A stretch of DNA of 64,000 nt, taken from NCBI GenBank assembly GCA_964614945.1, contig CAZTNW010000002.1, forward strand, positions 43,959-107,958. The letters are read 5' to 3'. The stretch comes from an uncultured bacterium. Its GTDB lineage: Bacteria; Caldisericota; JANLFM01. Position numbers and translations under genes: made by a program. Below are positions 46,257 through 56,595 of the stretch, one piece after another (the first letter of the stretch is position 1; every line of letters starts with the position of its first letter). The notes beneath the pieces are model-generated. The model was not told the origin of the DNA. It saw nothing but the letters and a program-made list of their open reading frames with translations, and searched no databases.

Positions 46257-47285
46257 ATGAAGAAAAGCTGGAATCCGCCCGCAGATTGGATCAGGATTAG
46301 GACCATCGATTCTCATGCCGCCGGCGAGCCCCTGCGAGTTATTGTAGAGGGGGTGCCACCCATCCCTGGCTCGAGCATTCTGGCTAAGCGCCGCTATCTA
46401 AAAGAGAACCTCGATTTCCTCCGCACCTCCTTGATGTGGGAACCAAGAGGCCATGCTGACATGTATGGGGCGATTGTGACCGAGCCCGTGACCCCTGACG
46501 GGGACATAGGGGTGCTCTTTCTCCATAATGAGGGGTACAGCACAATGTGCGGCCACGGCATCATCGCATTAAGCACCGTCCTCCTGGATACAGAATGGGT
46601 GGAGAAACCGGGCGAAGAGGTTGTCCTCCGGATGGACACTCCGGCTGGAAGGGTCACAGCAAGGGCCCGGCGAGAGAGAGGGAGGGTGAAGGACGTCTCT
46701 TTCGTAAACGTCCCCTCCTTCGTCTACGCCCATGATCAGGTCGTATCCGTTCCGGGAGTCGGTTCTCTGCGATACGATCTCGCCTTCGGAGGAGCGTTTT
46801 ACGCTTTTGTCAGGGCGGAGGATCTCGCTATCGGCCTGGAGGCCAAGGACTTTCGAATGTTGATCGACCTCGGCATGCGGGTCAAGAAGACCGTGATGGA
46901 AAGCCTCTCGATCAAGCACCCTTTTGAGGAAGATCTGGGTTTCCTCTATGGCACGATCATTGTAGGAAAGGCTCTGGATCCCTCTCATCATAGCCGCAAC
47001 GTCTGTATCTTCGCCGATGGAGAAGTGGACCGCTCCCCGACCGGCACCGGTGTCAGCGCGCGAGCAGCAATCCATTTCTCGCGGGGAGAGCTCGCTTTAG
47101 CAGAGTCCTTCACGGTGGAGAGCATTCTCGGAACCTGTTTCTCCGGTCGGGTGATCGAGACGACTCGCTTTGGCCAATTTTCCGCCGTAATGCCTGAGAT
47201 CACAGGGGCAGCATCAATCGTGGGGAGCGCGGAATGGTGGATCGACCCCTCCGATCCCCTGCGGCACGGTTTCATGCTGCGATGA
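46257..47285 (+). CDS. Proline racemase family protein, Cys/Thr type (trans-3-hydroxy-L-proline dehydratase-like)
   Basis: DSHAAGEPLR, EPRGHADMYG, MCGHG and DRSPTGTG (Thr in place of the second Cys). Confidence 0.88.
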   Translation: MKKSWNPPADWIRIRTIDSHAAGEPLRVIVEGVPPIPGSSILAKRRYLKENLDFLRTSLMWEPRGHADMYGAIVTEPVTPDGDIGVLFLHNEGYSTMCGHGIIALSTVLLDTEWVEKPGEEVVLRMDTPAGRVTARARRERGRVKDVSFVNVPSFVYAHDQVVSVPGVGSLRYDLAFGGAFYAFVRAEDLAIGLEAKDFRMLIDLGMRVKKTVMESLSIKHPFEEDLGFLYGTIIVGKALDPSHHSRNVCIFADGEVDRSPTGTGVSARAAIHFSRGELALAESFTVESILGTCFSGRVIETTRFGQFSAVMPEITGAASIVGSAEWWIDPSDPLRHGFMLR

Positions 47286-47304
47286 CTGGTCAAAGTAGAG
47301 GAAG

Positions 47305-47333
47305 TTGAAAATTGGCCAAAGCGACTCTATAAT
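47305..47333 (+). promoter_or_regulatory. Sigma70-type promoter of the liv operon
   Basis: TTGAAA-17 nt-TATAAT. Confidence 0.7.
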
Positions 47334-47550
47334 TTTTTCACAATGGGGACAGACAAGATGATAGAGAATGTGTAAACACAAAACTCTCTCGAGTAATTTT
47401 CTAAACTTTTATCCTGCCTTGCGATTCTCTCTATTCAAGGCTCAATTTCCACGAGCCGGGTTCTAAAACCTTGAAGGGGGGTTGAAAGCTGGAAAGCTGA
47501 AAAGATCGGTTGGCTGAGTAAGGAATCATATGGCAAAAGGAGGAAAGGTA

Positions 47551-48756
47551 ATGAAGAAGGCTGTTTTAATTTTATCGATGGGAATCCTATCTCTGACTCT
47601 CCTGATTTCCGGTTGCGGGGGTGCAGGGACAGCTACCCCTACGCAGACCTCGGCATCCCCTACACCATCCCAGGCTGAGCCTGTCAAAATCGGCCTACAG
47701 GCCCCGCTGACGGGGAATTTCGCCGCTGAAGGAAAATGGGCTCAACAGTGTGTGGAGGTCGCGGCCGATTTAATCAACAAGAAGGGCGGCATCCTGGGCG
47801 GACGTAAAGTAGAGATTGTGGTGGCAGATGATGCCTCCAATCCCAAGGACAGCGCTACGGCTGCCCAGAAACTGATCTCCCAGGGCCTGAAAGAGGTCAT
47901 CGCCTCTTACGGCTCCTCGGTCACCGCTCCCGCTGCCGATCTTTATGACGAGAACAAAGTGGTCTCAGTGGGATACGGCTGCACCGCCGTTCGTCTCACT
48001 ATGGACAAGCAACGCCCTTACTTCTTCCGCACGGCAGGGCGGGATGACACTCAATCCGAGTTCTTCGCTAAATTCGCTATGGAGAAATTAGCCGCCAAGA
48101 AAATTGCCATCATGCATGACAACCAGGACTACGGCAAGGGGGTTGCCGAGGACGCCAAGAAGTTCCTCCAGCCCCATGTTAACGCCGGCAAGTGCGAGAT
48201 CGTTTACTATGATGCCATCACTCCCGGCCAGAGCGATTACTCCGCAGCAATCACCAAGCTGAAGGAGATCAACCCGGACTGTTGGTTCTTTACCGCCTAT
48301 TACAATGAGGCTGCCCTCCTGATCAAGCAGGCGCGCGAGATGGGCTTCAGCGTCACCTTTGTGGGCAACAACTCTGTCCCCACCCCCGAGTTCGAGAAAA
48401 TCGCCGGGGTCGACGCCATCAAGGGGACCTACATGTTGAATGAGCCGATGCCGCAATTCCTCAGCTACCCTGAGTCGACCGAATTCATGTCAGCCTACAA
48501 GGCCAAATTCAATGAGATGCCCGGCTCCATCTGGGCCGTTTATGCTGCTGACGCCCTGAACGCCCTCTGTGCCGCCATCGATAAGGCTGGCTCTACTGAC
48601 CCTGATAAGGTTGCCCAAACGATGCGTACGATGACTGACGCCAAGGGAATCACAGGTCCATTGAAGTTCACCGATCGCGGTGACCGCAAGGACATCCCCT
48701 ACTATGCGTATATCTATACCGAGGAAGGGAAGCTGGATCTGTTCTGGCCGAAGTAA
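47551..48756 (+). CDS. livK: Branched-chain amino acid ABC substrate-binding lipoprotein
   Basis: AGGAGG RBS, lipobox LLISGC, KIGLQAPLTG, DDASNP, DYGKG. Confidence 0.9.
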   Translation: MKKAVLILSMGILSLTLLISGCGGAGTATPTQTSASPTPSQAEPVKIGLQAPLTGNFAAEGKWAQQCVEVAADLINKKGGILGGRKVEIVVADDASNPKDSATAAQKLISQGLKEVIASYGSSVTAPAADLYDENKVVSVGYGCTAVRLTMDKQRPYFFRTAGRDDTQSEFFAKFAMEKLAAKKIAIMHDNQDYGKGVAEDAKKFLQPHVNAGKCEIVYYDAITPGQSDYSAAITKLKEINPDCWFFTAYYNEAALLIKQAREMGFSVTFVGNNSVPTPEFEKIAGVDAIKGTYMLNEPMPQFLSYPESTEFMSAYKAKFNEMPGSIWAVYAADALNALCAAIDKAGSTDPDKVAQTMRTMTDAKGITGPLKFTDRGDRKDIPYYAYIYTEEGKLDLFWPK

Positions 48757-48802
48757 AAGTTAAAAACGCTCGAATGAGCTAACCGGGGGGAAGAGGTCAC
48801 TG

Positions 48803-49714
48803 ATGGAGACTTTTCTACAGCAGCTGATTAACGGATTGACTATCGGTTCTTTCTACGCCTTAGTGGCCATGGGTTACTCTATGGTCTACGGAGTGATGAA
48901 GCTAATCAACTTCGCCCACGGTGACCTCTTTACCTTGGGGAGTTACCTGGGCTACACCGTGCTTGTTATCGGTGCAGGCTGGGTCACTCAAACTTTTGGG
49001 ATCTGGGGCGGTATGGTGGTTGCACTTGGAGCGGCGATGATCGGCATTGGCGTTGCCGGATTAGTAGTAGAACGCATTGCCTACCGCCCCGTTTATAAGG
49101 CTGGGCGCCTTCCTCTTGTCGTTTCCGCCCTGGGAATGTCTTTCGTCATCTCCCAGGGAATCATGGCCATCTGGGGGCCGAATCCACAGGCTTATGCTCC
49201 CACCTGGACGCCCAAGGAAAGCATCATTTTAGGAAATATTCAGCTCCCCCTTCTGCAGGTAGCCATTCTCATTTTAGCCCTCGGGTTGATGGCCCTCATT
49301 TACTGGGTAGTGGAGAGGACAACATTTGGTGCGGCGATTAGAGCGGCTGCCTTAGATCGAAACACCGCCACCTTGATGGGCATCAACTTCAACAAGATCA
49401 TCTTCTTCGTCTTTGCCCTGGGTCCTGCCCTCGGTGGCATGGCAGGAGTGATGCAGGGTCTCAAATACACCCGCATCATGTTCAATATGGGATGGGGTTA
49501 TGGCTTGAAGGCCTTCACCGCCTCAATTTTGGGGGGAATTGGCAACATTCCGGGAGCGATGATCGGAGGGCTTCTCCTTGGCGTGCTGGAGGCAATGTTT
49601 GAAGGTTATGTATCCGGCGCCTGGAAGGATGTTTTCATCTTTCTCGTCTTGATCCTTGTGCTGATCTGGCGGCCCACCGGCTTGATCGGTGAAAAGATTG
49701 CGGAGAAGGTCTAA
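48803..49714 (+). CDS. livH: BCAA ABC permease
   Basis: QQLINGL..GSFYALVAMGYSMVYG, INFAHG, KAFTASILGGIGNIPGA. Confidence 0.93.
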   Translation: METFLQQLINGLTIGSFYALVAMGYSMVYGVMKLINFAHGDLFTLGSYLGYTVLVIGAGWVTQTFGIWGGMVVALGAAMIGIGVAGLVVERIAYRPVYKAGRLPLVVSALGMSFVISQGIMAIWGPNPQAYAPTWTPKESIILGNIQLPLLQVAILILALGLMALIYWVVERTTFGAAIRAAALDRNTATLMGINFNKIIFFVFALGPALGGMAGVMQGLKYTRIMFNMGWGYGLKAFTASILGGIGNIPGAMIGGLLLGVLEAMFEGYVSGAWKDVFIFLVLILVLIWRPTGLIGEKIAEKV

Positions 49715-49716
49715 CC

Positions 49717-51609
49717 ATGCCCGACTTAACATCAAAACTTACCCAAAGGATTCTACAATCCCAATCCAATAAGAGCAGGAGCAAGCTCCCCCGTTCTCTG
49801 CGATACGGCCTCCTGATCATCGCTGTCGTGCTTCTCGTTTCCTATCCCCTTCTTCCCATGGTGGACAATTACATGATCGATATAGGCTTCCTGGTAGGCA
49901 TTTATGCTCTCCTGGGCTTGAGCCTGAATATCGTTCTGGGGGAAGTAGGGCTCTTCGATTTAGGTCATACCGCCTTTTATGCAATTGGAGCGTATACCAC
50001 AGGGATTCTCTACACTCAATTCCACCTTCCCATTCTCCTCCTACTCCCTATCAGCGGAATCGTGGCGGCAGGATTCGCCTTCCTCGTGACTTCCCCGATC
50101 ATCCACCTGCGCGGTGATTATCTCTGCATTGTTACCATCGGGATCGGGGAAATCGTCCGCTTGGCCCTGCAGAATGACCCGGGCGGTCTAACCCACGGGC
50201 CTAACGGAATAACGGGCATTGGGCGACCTGACCTGGGGCTTCTGGCCATCCAGACACCCGCGCAGTTCTATTATTATGTCTGGATCATTATTGGGCTCGT
50301 GATCATCGCTCTGGTAAACCTGCAGAAATCCCGAGTGGGAAGAGCGTGGAACTACATCCGGGAAGACGAGATCGCAGCGGAGGCGAACGGAATCGATGTC
50401 CGCTCTTACAAGTTACTGGCTTTTGTTCTGGGCGCTGCGCTGGCCGGACTCGCCGGCAATATTTACGCTTCCAAATTCATGTTCATCGAGCCGAACAATT
50501 TCAGCTTCTTGGAGTCCTCTCTTCTTTTCTGCATCGTCCTTTTAGGAGGCCTTGGCTCGATTCCGGGCAGCCTTTTGGGAGCTGGAGCAATCGTAATCTT
50601 CCCGGAAATATTCCGGCAATTCTACAGCTTCCGCCTGCTCTTCTTCGGCGTTGCCCTGATTCTGATGATGATCTTCCGTCCTGGCGGGCTCTGGCCGAGA
50701 AGGAGGGAAGGGGTGGGCTATGCCGGTCTGGGTATCCCCGGGTTGCCCGCCGATGAAAACAAAGTGCTGGAGAAAGGAATACCCAAACCAGTTGCCCAAC
50801 TGCAGGAAAGACTAATCAGCTCGACTGAGACCGATCCCTCAAACGACGTTGTCCTCGCTACAAGCAAGGTCACGCAGAAGTTCGGCGGGCTCGTCGCGGT
50901 TAATTCTTTCGATCTCGTCGTGCGGCGTGGACTTATTACCTCACTCATCGGCCCCAATGGTGCAGGAAAGACCACCTTATTTAACAACATCACGGGGATC
51001 TATAAACCCACTTCCGGCTCCATCTCCTTCCTCGGGGAGCCCATAACCGGCTTGAAACCCCACAAGATCATCGACAAGGGGGTGGCCCGTACGTTCCAGA
51101 ATATTCGCCTTTTCCCCTCCCTGACCTGTATCGAAAATGTTATGTCCGGGCCTCACTGCCATGCTAAGGCAGGCACATGGCCTGCTATCTTCCGCACACC
51201 CGGTCAGGTGAGGGAAGAGCGAGAGATTGTTGATGTCGCTTCCCATCGCTTAAACCAGGTGGGACTATGGCAGTATCGCAACGAGTTGGCCAAGAACCTC
51301 CCCTACGGTAAACAAAAGGTGTTGGAGATCGCTCGAGCGCTGGCCACCAACCCTCAATTATTAATCCTGGACGAGCCTTCCTCAGGCCTGAACGACAAGG
51401 AGACGGAAGAGCTCATGCAGCTCCTGCAGAGCTTGCTCAAGGAGGGCTTCACGATACTCCTGATCGAGCATGATATGAATGTGGTCATGGGTGTCTCCCA
51501 TTCTGTAACAGTGATGGACATGGGATCAAAGATCGCCGAAGGACCGCCGAAGGCAGTTTACAATGACCAGCGCGTGATCGAGGCTTACTTAGGGAAGGAG
51601 GAAGACTAG
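49717..51609 (+). CDS. livM: Fused BCAA ABC permease (LivM) and ATPase (LivG)
   Basis: LRGDYLCIVTIGIGEI and GGLGS permease half, then FGGLVAV, GPNGAGKTT, LPYGKQK, DEPSSG, EAYLG, with no internal stop. Confidence 0.9.
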   Translation: MPDLTSKLTQRILQSQSNKSRSKLPRSLRYGLLIIAVVLLVSYPLLPMVDNYMIDIGFLVGIYALLGLSLNIVLGEVGLFDLGHTAFYAIGAYTTGILYTQFHLPILLLLPISGIVAAGFAFLVTSPIIHLRGDYLCIVTIGIGEIVRLALQNDPGGLTHGPNGITGIGRPDLGLLAIQTPAQFYYYVWIIIGLVIIALVNLQKSRVGRAWNYIREDEIAAEANGIDVRSYKLLAFVLGAALAGLAGNIYASKFMFIEPNNFSFLESSLLFCIVLLGGLGSIPGSLLGAGAIVIFPEIFRQFYSFRLLFFGVALILMMIFRPGGLWPRRREGVGYAGLGIPGLPADENKVLEKGIPKPVAQLQERLISSTETDPSNDVVLATSKVTQKFGGLVAVNSFDLVVRRGLITSLIGPNGAGKTTLFNNITGIYKPTSGSISFLGEPITGLKPHKIIDKGVARTFQNIRLFPSLTCIENVMSGPHCHAKAGTWPAIFRTPGQVREEREIVDVASHRLNQVGLWQYRNELAKNLPYGKQKVLEIARALATNPQLLILDEPSSGLNDKETEELMQLLQSLLKEGFTILLIEHDMNVVMGVSHSVTVMDMGSKIAEGPPKAVYNDQRVIEAYLGKEED

Positions 51610-52353
51610 ATGGCGACCTCCATCTTGAAAATTGACAACCTTTCGGTCTCCTACGGGGCCGTGGAGGCGCTCAAGAATGTCTCCCTGGAACTGGGGGAGG
51701 GGGACATCATCACAGTCCTCGGGGCGAACGGCGCCGGAAAGACCACCTTGCTCAAATCCATCTCCCGCCTGCAAACCTTTAAGAGTGGCTCCATCTACCT
51801 TAAAGGCCGGGATTTGACCAAATACATGCCTCATCAATTATCCGCTCTGGGCATATCGCACGTACCGGAAGGACGCAAAGTATTCGCCACCTTAACCGTT
51901 GAGGAAAATCTCAACCTGGGTGCCTACGGAGTGCGCAGCCTGCCGCAGGGGAAAGAGTTAACTAAGACCAAGGAGTGGATCTTTCAGCTCTTCCCCATAC
52001 TGAAGCAGAGGCGAAGGCAATTAGCCGGAACGCTCTCCGGAGGAGAGCAACAAATGCTGGCGATTGGGAGAGGACTTATCTCCAAGCCTCAGCTGCTCCT
52101 CTTAGATGAACCTTCTTTAGGACTCGCTCCCATCATCGTGCAGGAAATCTTCAGGGTCATTCGCCAGATTCACAAAGACGAGGGCGTTTCCATTCTGCTC
52201 GTGGAACAGAACGCTCGCAAGGCACTGAACGTGGCTCGCTACGGCTATATTCTAGAGATAGGGAAGGTCGCTATTCAGGGAGAGGCCTGCGATCTGAAGA
52301 ACGATGAGCGAGTGCGGGCAGCGTATCTTGGAGGGGCCAGGGTAGTCTGCTGA
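51610..52353 (+). CDS. livF: BCAA ABC ATP-binding protein
   Basis: GANGAGKTT, HVPEGRKVF, LSGGEQQMLAIGR, DEPSLGLAP. Confidence 0.94.
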   Translation: MATSILKIDNLSVSYGAVEALKNVSLELGEGDIITVLGANGAGKTTLLKSISRLQTFKSGSIYLKGRDLTKYMPHQLSALGISHVPEGRKVFATLTVEENLNLGAYGVRSLPQGKELTKTKEWIFQLFPILKQRRRQLAGTLSGGEQQMLAIGRGLISKPQLLLLDEPSLGLAPIIVQEIFRVIRQIHKDEGVSILLVEQNARKALNVARYGYILEIGKVAIQGEACDLKNDERVRAAYLGGARVVC

Positions 52354-52457
52354 ACGTCTCAGGCTTAAGTCCAATCCTGTATTTCAGCCACTCTCTGGCT
52401 CTCATAATTCTGCCCTGGCCTCTGGCCTGAGGAAAAGGACCGACTGGAGGATAACAG

Positions 52458-53627
52458 ATGACGCCAGATCAGGATCTTTTCGAATACTGTTTACAGATCC
52501 GTAGGCACCTGCATCAATTACCTGAACTGAGCTTCGAGGAGAGGAACACTCAAGCGTATATCGGAGAGCAACTAATCCTGTTGGGCCTCGAGGGACATAA
52601 AGTGGCAGGAACGGGTCTTTATACAAAGATAACCGTCGGCCGGCCAGGGCCCAGGATTGCTTTTCGAGCGGACATCGACGCCCTTCCTCTCGCGGAAAAA
52701 ACGGGCGCGGCATACGCCTCGAAGGTGCCGGGGGTAATGCATGCCTGCGGGCATGACGGTCACGTCGCCGTGCTTTTAGGGCTCGCCAGAACGCTGGCGG
52801 CAAAGCCCGAGGAGATAAAGGGGGAGGTCCTGCTTATCTTCCAGCCAGCGGAAGAGAAGCCTCCCGGCGGTGCAGCACAGGTGGTTGAGAGCGGGGTCCT
52901 GCAAAATTTCGACGCGGTCTTTGGCCTCCACCTCTGGGATGGACTCCCGCAGGGAAAGGTGGGGATCAGCCCGGGACCTATGCTGGCAGCTGCCGACACC
53001 TTCACGTTGGAGATTCAAGGCCAGGGAACACATGGAGCTATGCCGCACAAGGGAGTTGATCCCATCATCATCGGAGCCCAGATCGTGAACGCCTGGCAAA
53101 CGATCCCCAGCCGCCGGATAAATCCTCTGGAACCTGTTGTGGTGACTGTCGGCACATTCCAAGCTGGCACCAATTTCAATATCATTCCCGACACGGCAGT
53201 GCTTACCGGGACAGTGCGCTCACTCTCCGAGGAAGCGCGGACCGCTCTGGAGTGGAGTTTGAAAGAGATGGCGGAAAAAATCAGTGCTGCTTCCGGCGGA
53301 AGCGCTAAGTGGCTATATGAGAGAGGCTATCCGGTTTTAAGCAACAACCCGGAGATGACCGGGGTTGTGCTCAAAGCAGCCTCCGCCGCCCTGGGCGAGG
53401 GATCAGTCGCAGGAATTCCTCCCGTGATGGGTGGGGAAGATTTTTCTTACTACGGCCTTCACGTCCCCGCCGCTTTCTTCTTCCTGGGCATTCAGAATGT
53501 CGAAAAGGGATACATCTACCCCAATCACAGCCCCCATTTTGATTTCGATGAGGAGGTCCTGTTCAGGGGAGTGCAAGTGTTCACCGCCATTCTCGACCAG
53601 TTGAGTGCCATGGATCCGGCTGGCTGA
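52458..53627 (+). CDS. M20D amidohydrolase (N-acyl amino acid hydrolase family)
   Basis: RRHLHQLPELSFEE, RADIDALP, MHACGHDGH, FQPAEE, GEDFS, NHSPHF. Confidence 0.92.
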   Translation: MTPDQDLFEYCLQIRRHLHQLPELSFEERNTQAYIGEQLILLGLEGHKVAGTGLYTKITVGRPGPRIAFRADIDALPLAEKTGAAYASKVPGVMHACGHDGHVAVLLGLARTLAAKPEEIKGEVLLIFQPAEEKPPGGAAQVVESGVLQNFDAVFGLHLWDGLPQGKVGISPGPMLAAADTFTLEIQGQGTHGAMPHKGVDPIIIGAQIVNAWQTIPSRRINPLEPVVVTVGTFQAGTNFNIIPDTAVLTGTVRSLSEEARTALEWSLKEMAEKISAASGGSAKWLYERGYPVLSNNPEMTGVVLKAASAALGEGSVAGIPPVMGGEDFSYYGLHVPAAFFFLGIQNVEKGYIYPNHSPHFDFDEEVLFRGVQVFTAILDQLSAMDPAG

Positions 53628-53767
53628 GCGAGGAAGGAACTGTCGGAGCTCTCCGGCATTGGCTGAAGCCGTTGTCAATAACTGTATTGGCTCCTACTTC
53701 AGAAAGTGGCTACTTAAGTCCCACTCTGGACGGAAGATGTTAGTCATTCAGCCCGGTCGGACGACGA

Positions 53768-54574
53768 TCAATGGGGTGGCGCGACTACCTCTCCCCAAAG
53801 GCAGATCCCTCGATCCGGGTTTGCCAGGTAGCGGAACCGCTCTGGCGCGCGGATAAAGCTGAGGTAGAGCGGAGTGCTCTTGACGATACCCATTTCCGGG
53901 AATTCCCTCGTTCCAAGGAATCGTAGCGGAGGAAGTTTAGCGTAGCGCGGATTCCTGAGGAAATTTTCCTCTCCGAGGAGGGCGTAATAAGCGGGCCCCT
54001 GTTCTTCAAAACGCCCGTATACGGATGTAAATAAGCTTTCCACCAGGTTGGATATCACCAAGATGTCCCCCGTCGTATTTATAGTTACATGCCCATAGCC
54101 AGGAGGGATCAGGACTTTCTCCCCCGGGCGGGCCTTTATGGCCACGACGTCTTCCACTATTCCTTCTCCGGCCGTTTTCTGCATGAGATAAATGGCCTCC
54201 CCTGCCAGCACTTCGTAGGCTTCCGGGTAGGTAAGGCCGAATGAGGAAGTAGGGGCCAGAGGGTGTTCGTGCCCGATCGTGCGCACAAATTCATCCCCCA
54301 CCTGTCCGGGAAAGATCACGGTGATATCAAAACGGAGTCCCAGTCTGCGAAAAAGCCCCTCATCCTCCCTCCTCATCACTCCCCGATATATATAATAGAG
54401 TTCCTTCGGAGAGGCGGCATCAGGATTAAGGAAAAAGGATCGAGCATCGACAAGCCGACGAACATCGGGGTGAGTCGGGGTCAAGCATTCCGGGAAAATC
54501 ATCTTCCGTGTCCTGCAATCGAATTTCAGAGACAAACCGGAAGGGGCAAGGTCAATTTCCTTTTTTATCCTCAT
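53768..54574 (-). CDS. Cupin-type (archaeal) glucose-6-phosphate isomerase family protein
   Basis: RFDITVI, GHEHP, YPEAYEVLAGE, IPPGYGHVTIN. Confidence 0.85.
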   Translation of the reverse strand: MRIKKEIDLAPSGLSLKFDCRTRKMIFPECLTPTHPDVRRLVDARSFFLNPDAASPKELYYIYRGVMRREDEGLFRRLGLRFDITVIFPGQVGDEFVRTIGHEHPLAPTSSFGLTYPEAYEVLAGEAIYLMQKTAGEGIVEDVVAIKARPGEKVLIPPGYGHVTINTTGDILVISNLVESLFTSVYGRFEEQGPAYYALLGEENFLRNPRYAKLPPLRFLGTREFPEMGIVKSTPLYLSFIRAPERFRYLANPDRGICLWGEVVAPPH

Positions 54575-54615
54575 CTGCCGCTCTCCTTATCCCCATTATA
54601 ATATTTGGCATATTA

Positions 54616-56595
54616 TCAGGCTCGAGCGAAAGAAAACCCCAGTTTGAGCGGTCGGAAGCCTCCCTGCTGGTCTTGAACCTTCCAGAGAGGGAAGAGGGAA
54701 ATCCCCTGAATGATACGCTCAGATCCCTGCTCGGAGGAGGAGATAGTCTCCAAGGGAGCGAGGAAAAAAGCGGCTTCCGGGTCAAGGGTAACCTGGAGAA
54801 GAAATCCCTTATCAGGCCAGAAGAACTGCAGGGAGCTGAAGGTTTCCTTTTCAAAGTATGAGCTGTTCAGGGCCCACCTCTGACTTTCAGAGCGAAGCAT
54901 AAAATGCTCCGGATCGAAACCGCTCATTGAAGCGAGGTTGATTTCCACCGCACACCAGAGGTTCATCGAAGTCGGCCCGAGATTTTCCAGGAAGAGCTCC
55001 ATGCTTAAGCTGCCATCGGCCTTAGCCTGGAAAGTTTTAGTCGCACACACCAGGGTCTCTTTTCCTCCGGAGCTCACCCTGCCCTCCCTGGCGAAGGAGA
55101 GATTTACCCGGGAGGCGATTCTTTCCTTGATCTTCGGCAAGTAGGGACCAATAAAGTCGCCCCTTTGCGCCAGATCCTCTGGAAGAGGCTCCCGGGCGAA
55201 AAGATGAAGGAGAAAGGAATAAGGCGGTGAGGGATCTAGCGGGAGAGGTTCCCCCCGAAGTTTAACATCGGAAGGTGACAGCTCTTGGTAAGGCGACAAA
55301 GTAGCGGAGAAATTGAAGTTTAAGGGCTTGTAATCCCATTCGAAGAGAGAGCCTCCTATCCTCGGGGAAAAATAGAGGTTGGCCAAGGGGCCCTCGCAGA
55401 GAATCTCTTTCTCCCCGTCACAATTGAAATCGTACTCCTTGAGGAGGATCCCGGATTGGCCCCTTTCCTCGTCCGCTCTTTTCTCTGCCTCGATCAAGTG
55501 CTCGTAAATGCCGAACCTGAGGTGGGGAAGGAATAGCCCGCCGAATAACCCATGCCAGTAGGCGCAATTACACTGTCCGAGGAACAGCTCGCGCTTCAGC
55601 TCGCGCGAAGGATTCAAGCACGAGGCTACCTTCTCGCTCACGTAAAGCATTTTCTTGTGCATATTGTTCGCCTCCTCGAAGCGGGCCAGGAAATTTCGCC
55701 ACAGCCCGCAGGGAGAAGCTCTCCCGGCTGCCGCCCTCTCTCCGGGAGAAAAAGATGACCATTCCATCATCTCCGGATAGGAAGCGGAGGGCAGATAAAC
55801 TCTCCCGGCAGGAGGCAACAGGTCCCGTGCCTGTGACAATGTCCGGGTCTCGATCCAGGAGGAGTTTTCGAGCAGCAGATCGAAGAAATGAGAGAGCCAT
55901 CCTTTTTCATAACATAGTTCGTAGGTGGAGGGCCAGAGGCCGAACTTCTCGCCGTCGTCCCCCATCACCTTGAGCCAATGCTCATCCTGCCATGCTCGCC
56001 GCAGGAAACTGATGGTTTCCTCTGCAGCCTGAAACGGTATCAGATAGCGCAGTTCCCTGTCGATGGGAAAGAGGGAGAGAATCTCTCCCTCCTCTTCCGT
56101 GAGCCAGTAACTCCGCAGCTGCTCCAATTTTATCCCGGTCAGGAGAAAGTGGTGATCGTCAAGCAGGGTGAATTCCAATCCAGCCCGGCGGATGACTTTG
56201 GGCAGATGAGGTTCCCAGATTCTTTCCGCGAGCCAGAGGCCGTTCGGCTTTATACCTAAGGCCCTCTGCAGGAACTCATTCATCTCCCCAATCTGGCCCA
56301 GAGCGTCTCGCTCGGGAATCGCAGGCAGAATCGGCTCCCCCATCCCTCCAGAGAGAACCTCCACCTGCCCTCGGTCGATCATGGCTCTGAGGCGGTGAAA
56401 AAACTCTTTGTGCCTGCGCTCCAGCTCTAAAAGAAGGCAGCCGGAGTAATGGAGGTTGACTCTGATCTGAGGATAGCGCTCCAGTATATCCAAAAATGGC
56501 TTGTAGGCGCGTTGATAGGCCTCCTCAATCACCCAACCGAGATTTCCCACCGGTTGGTGATTGTGGATCACAAGAAGAAAGAAAATAGGATTCAC
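54616..56595 (-). CDS. GH57 alpha-amylase / 4-alpha-glucanotransferase
   Basis: HNHQP, WLAERIWEP (nucleophile Glu), DDGEKFG (acid/base Asp), QCNCAYWHG; GTG 56595 overlaps the upstream TGA. Confidence 0.9.
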   Translation of the reverse strand: MNPIFFLLVIHNHQPVGNLGWVIEEAYQRAYKPFLDILERYPQIRVNLHYSGCLLLELERRHKEFFHRLRAMIDRGQVEVLSGGMGEPILPAIPERDALGQIGEMNEFLQRALGIKPNGLWLAERIWEPHLPKVIRRAGLEFTLLDDHHFLLTGIKLEQLRSYWLTEEEGEILSLFPIDRELRYLIPFQAAEETISFLRRAWQDEHWLKVMGDDGEKFGLWPSTYELCYEKGWLSHFFDLLLENSSWIETRTLSQARDLLPPAGRVYLPSASYPEMMEWSSFSPGERAAAGRASPCGLWRNFLARFEEANNMHKKMLYVSEKVASCLNPSRELKRELFLGQCNCAYWHGLFGGLFLPHLRFGIYEHLIEAEKRADEERGQSGILLKEYDFNCDGEKEILCEGPLANLYFSPRIGGSLFEWDYKPLNFNFSATLSPYQELSPSDVKLRGEPLPLDPSPPYSFLLHLFAREPLPEDLAQRGDFIGPYLPKIKERIASRVNLSFAREGRVSSGGKETLVCATKTFQAKADGSLSMELFLENLGPTSMNLWCAVEINLASMSGFDPEHFMLRSESQRWALNSSYFEKETFSSLQFFWPDKGFLLQVTLDPEAAFFLAPLETISSSEQGSERIIQGISLFPLWKVQDQQGGFRPLKLGFSFARA

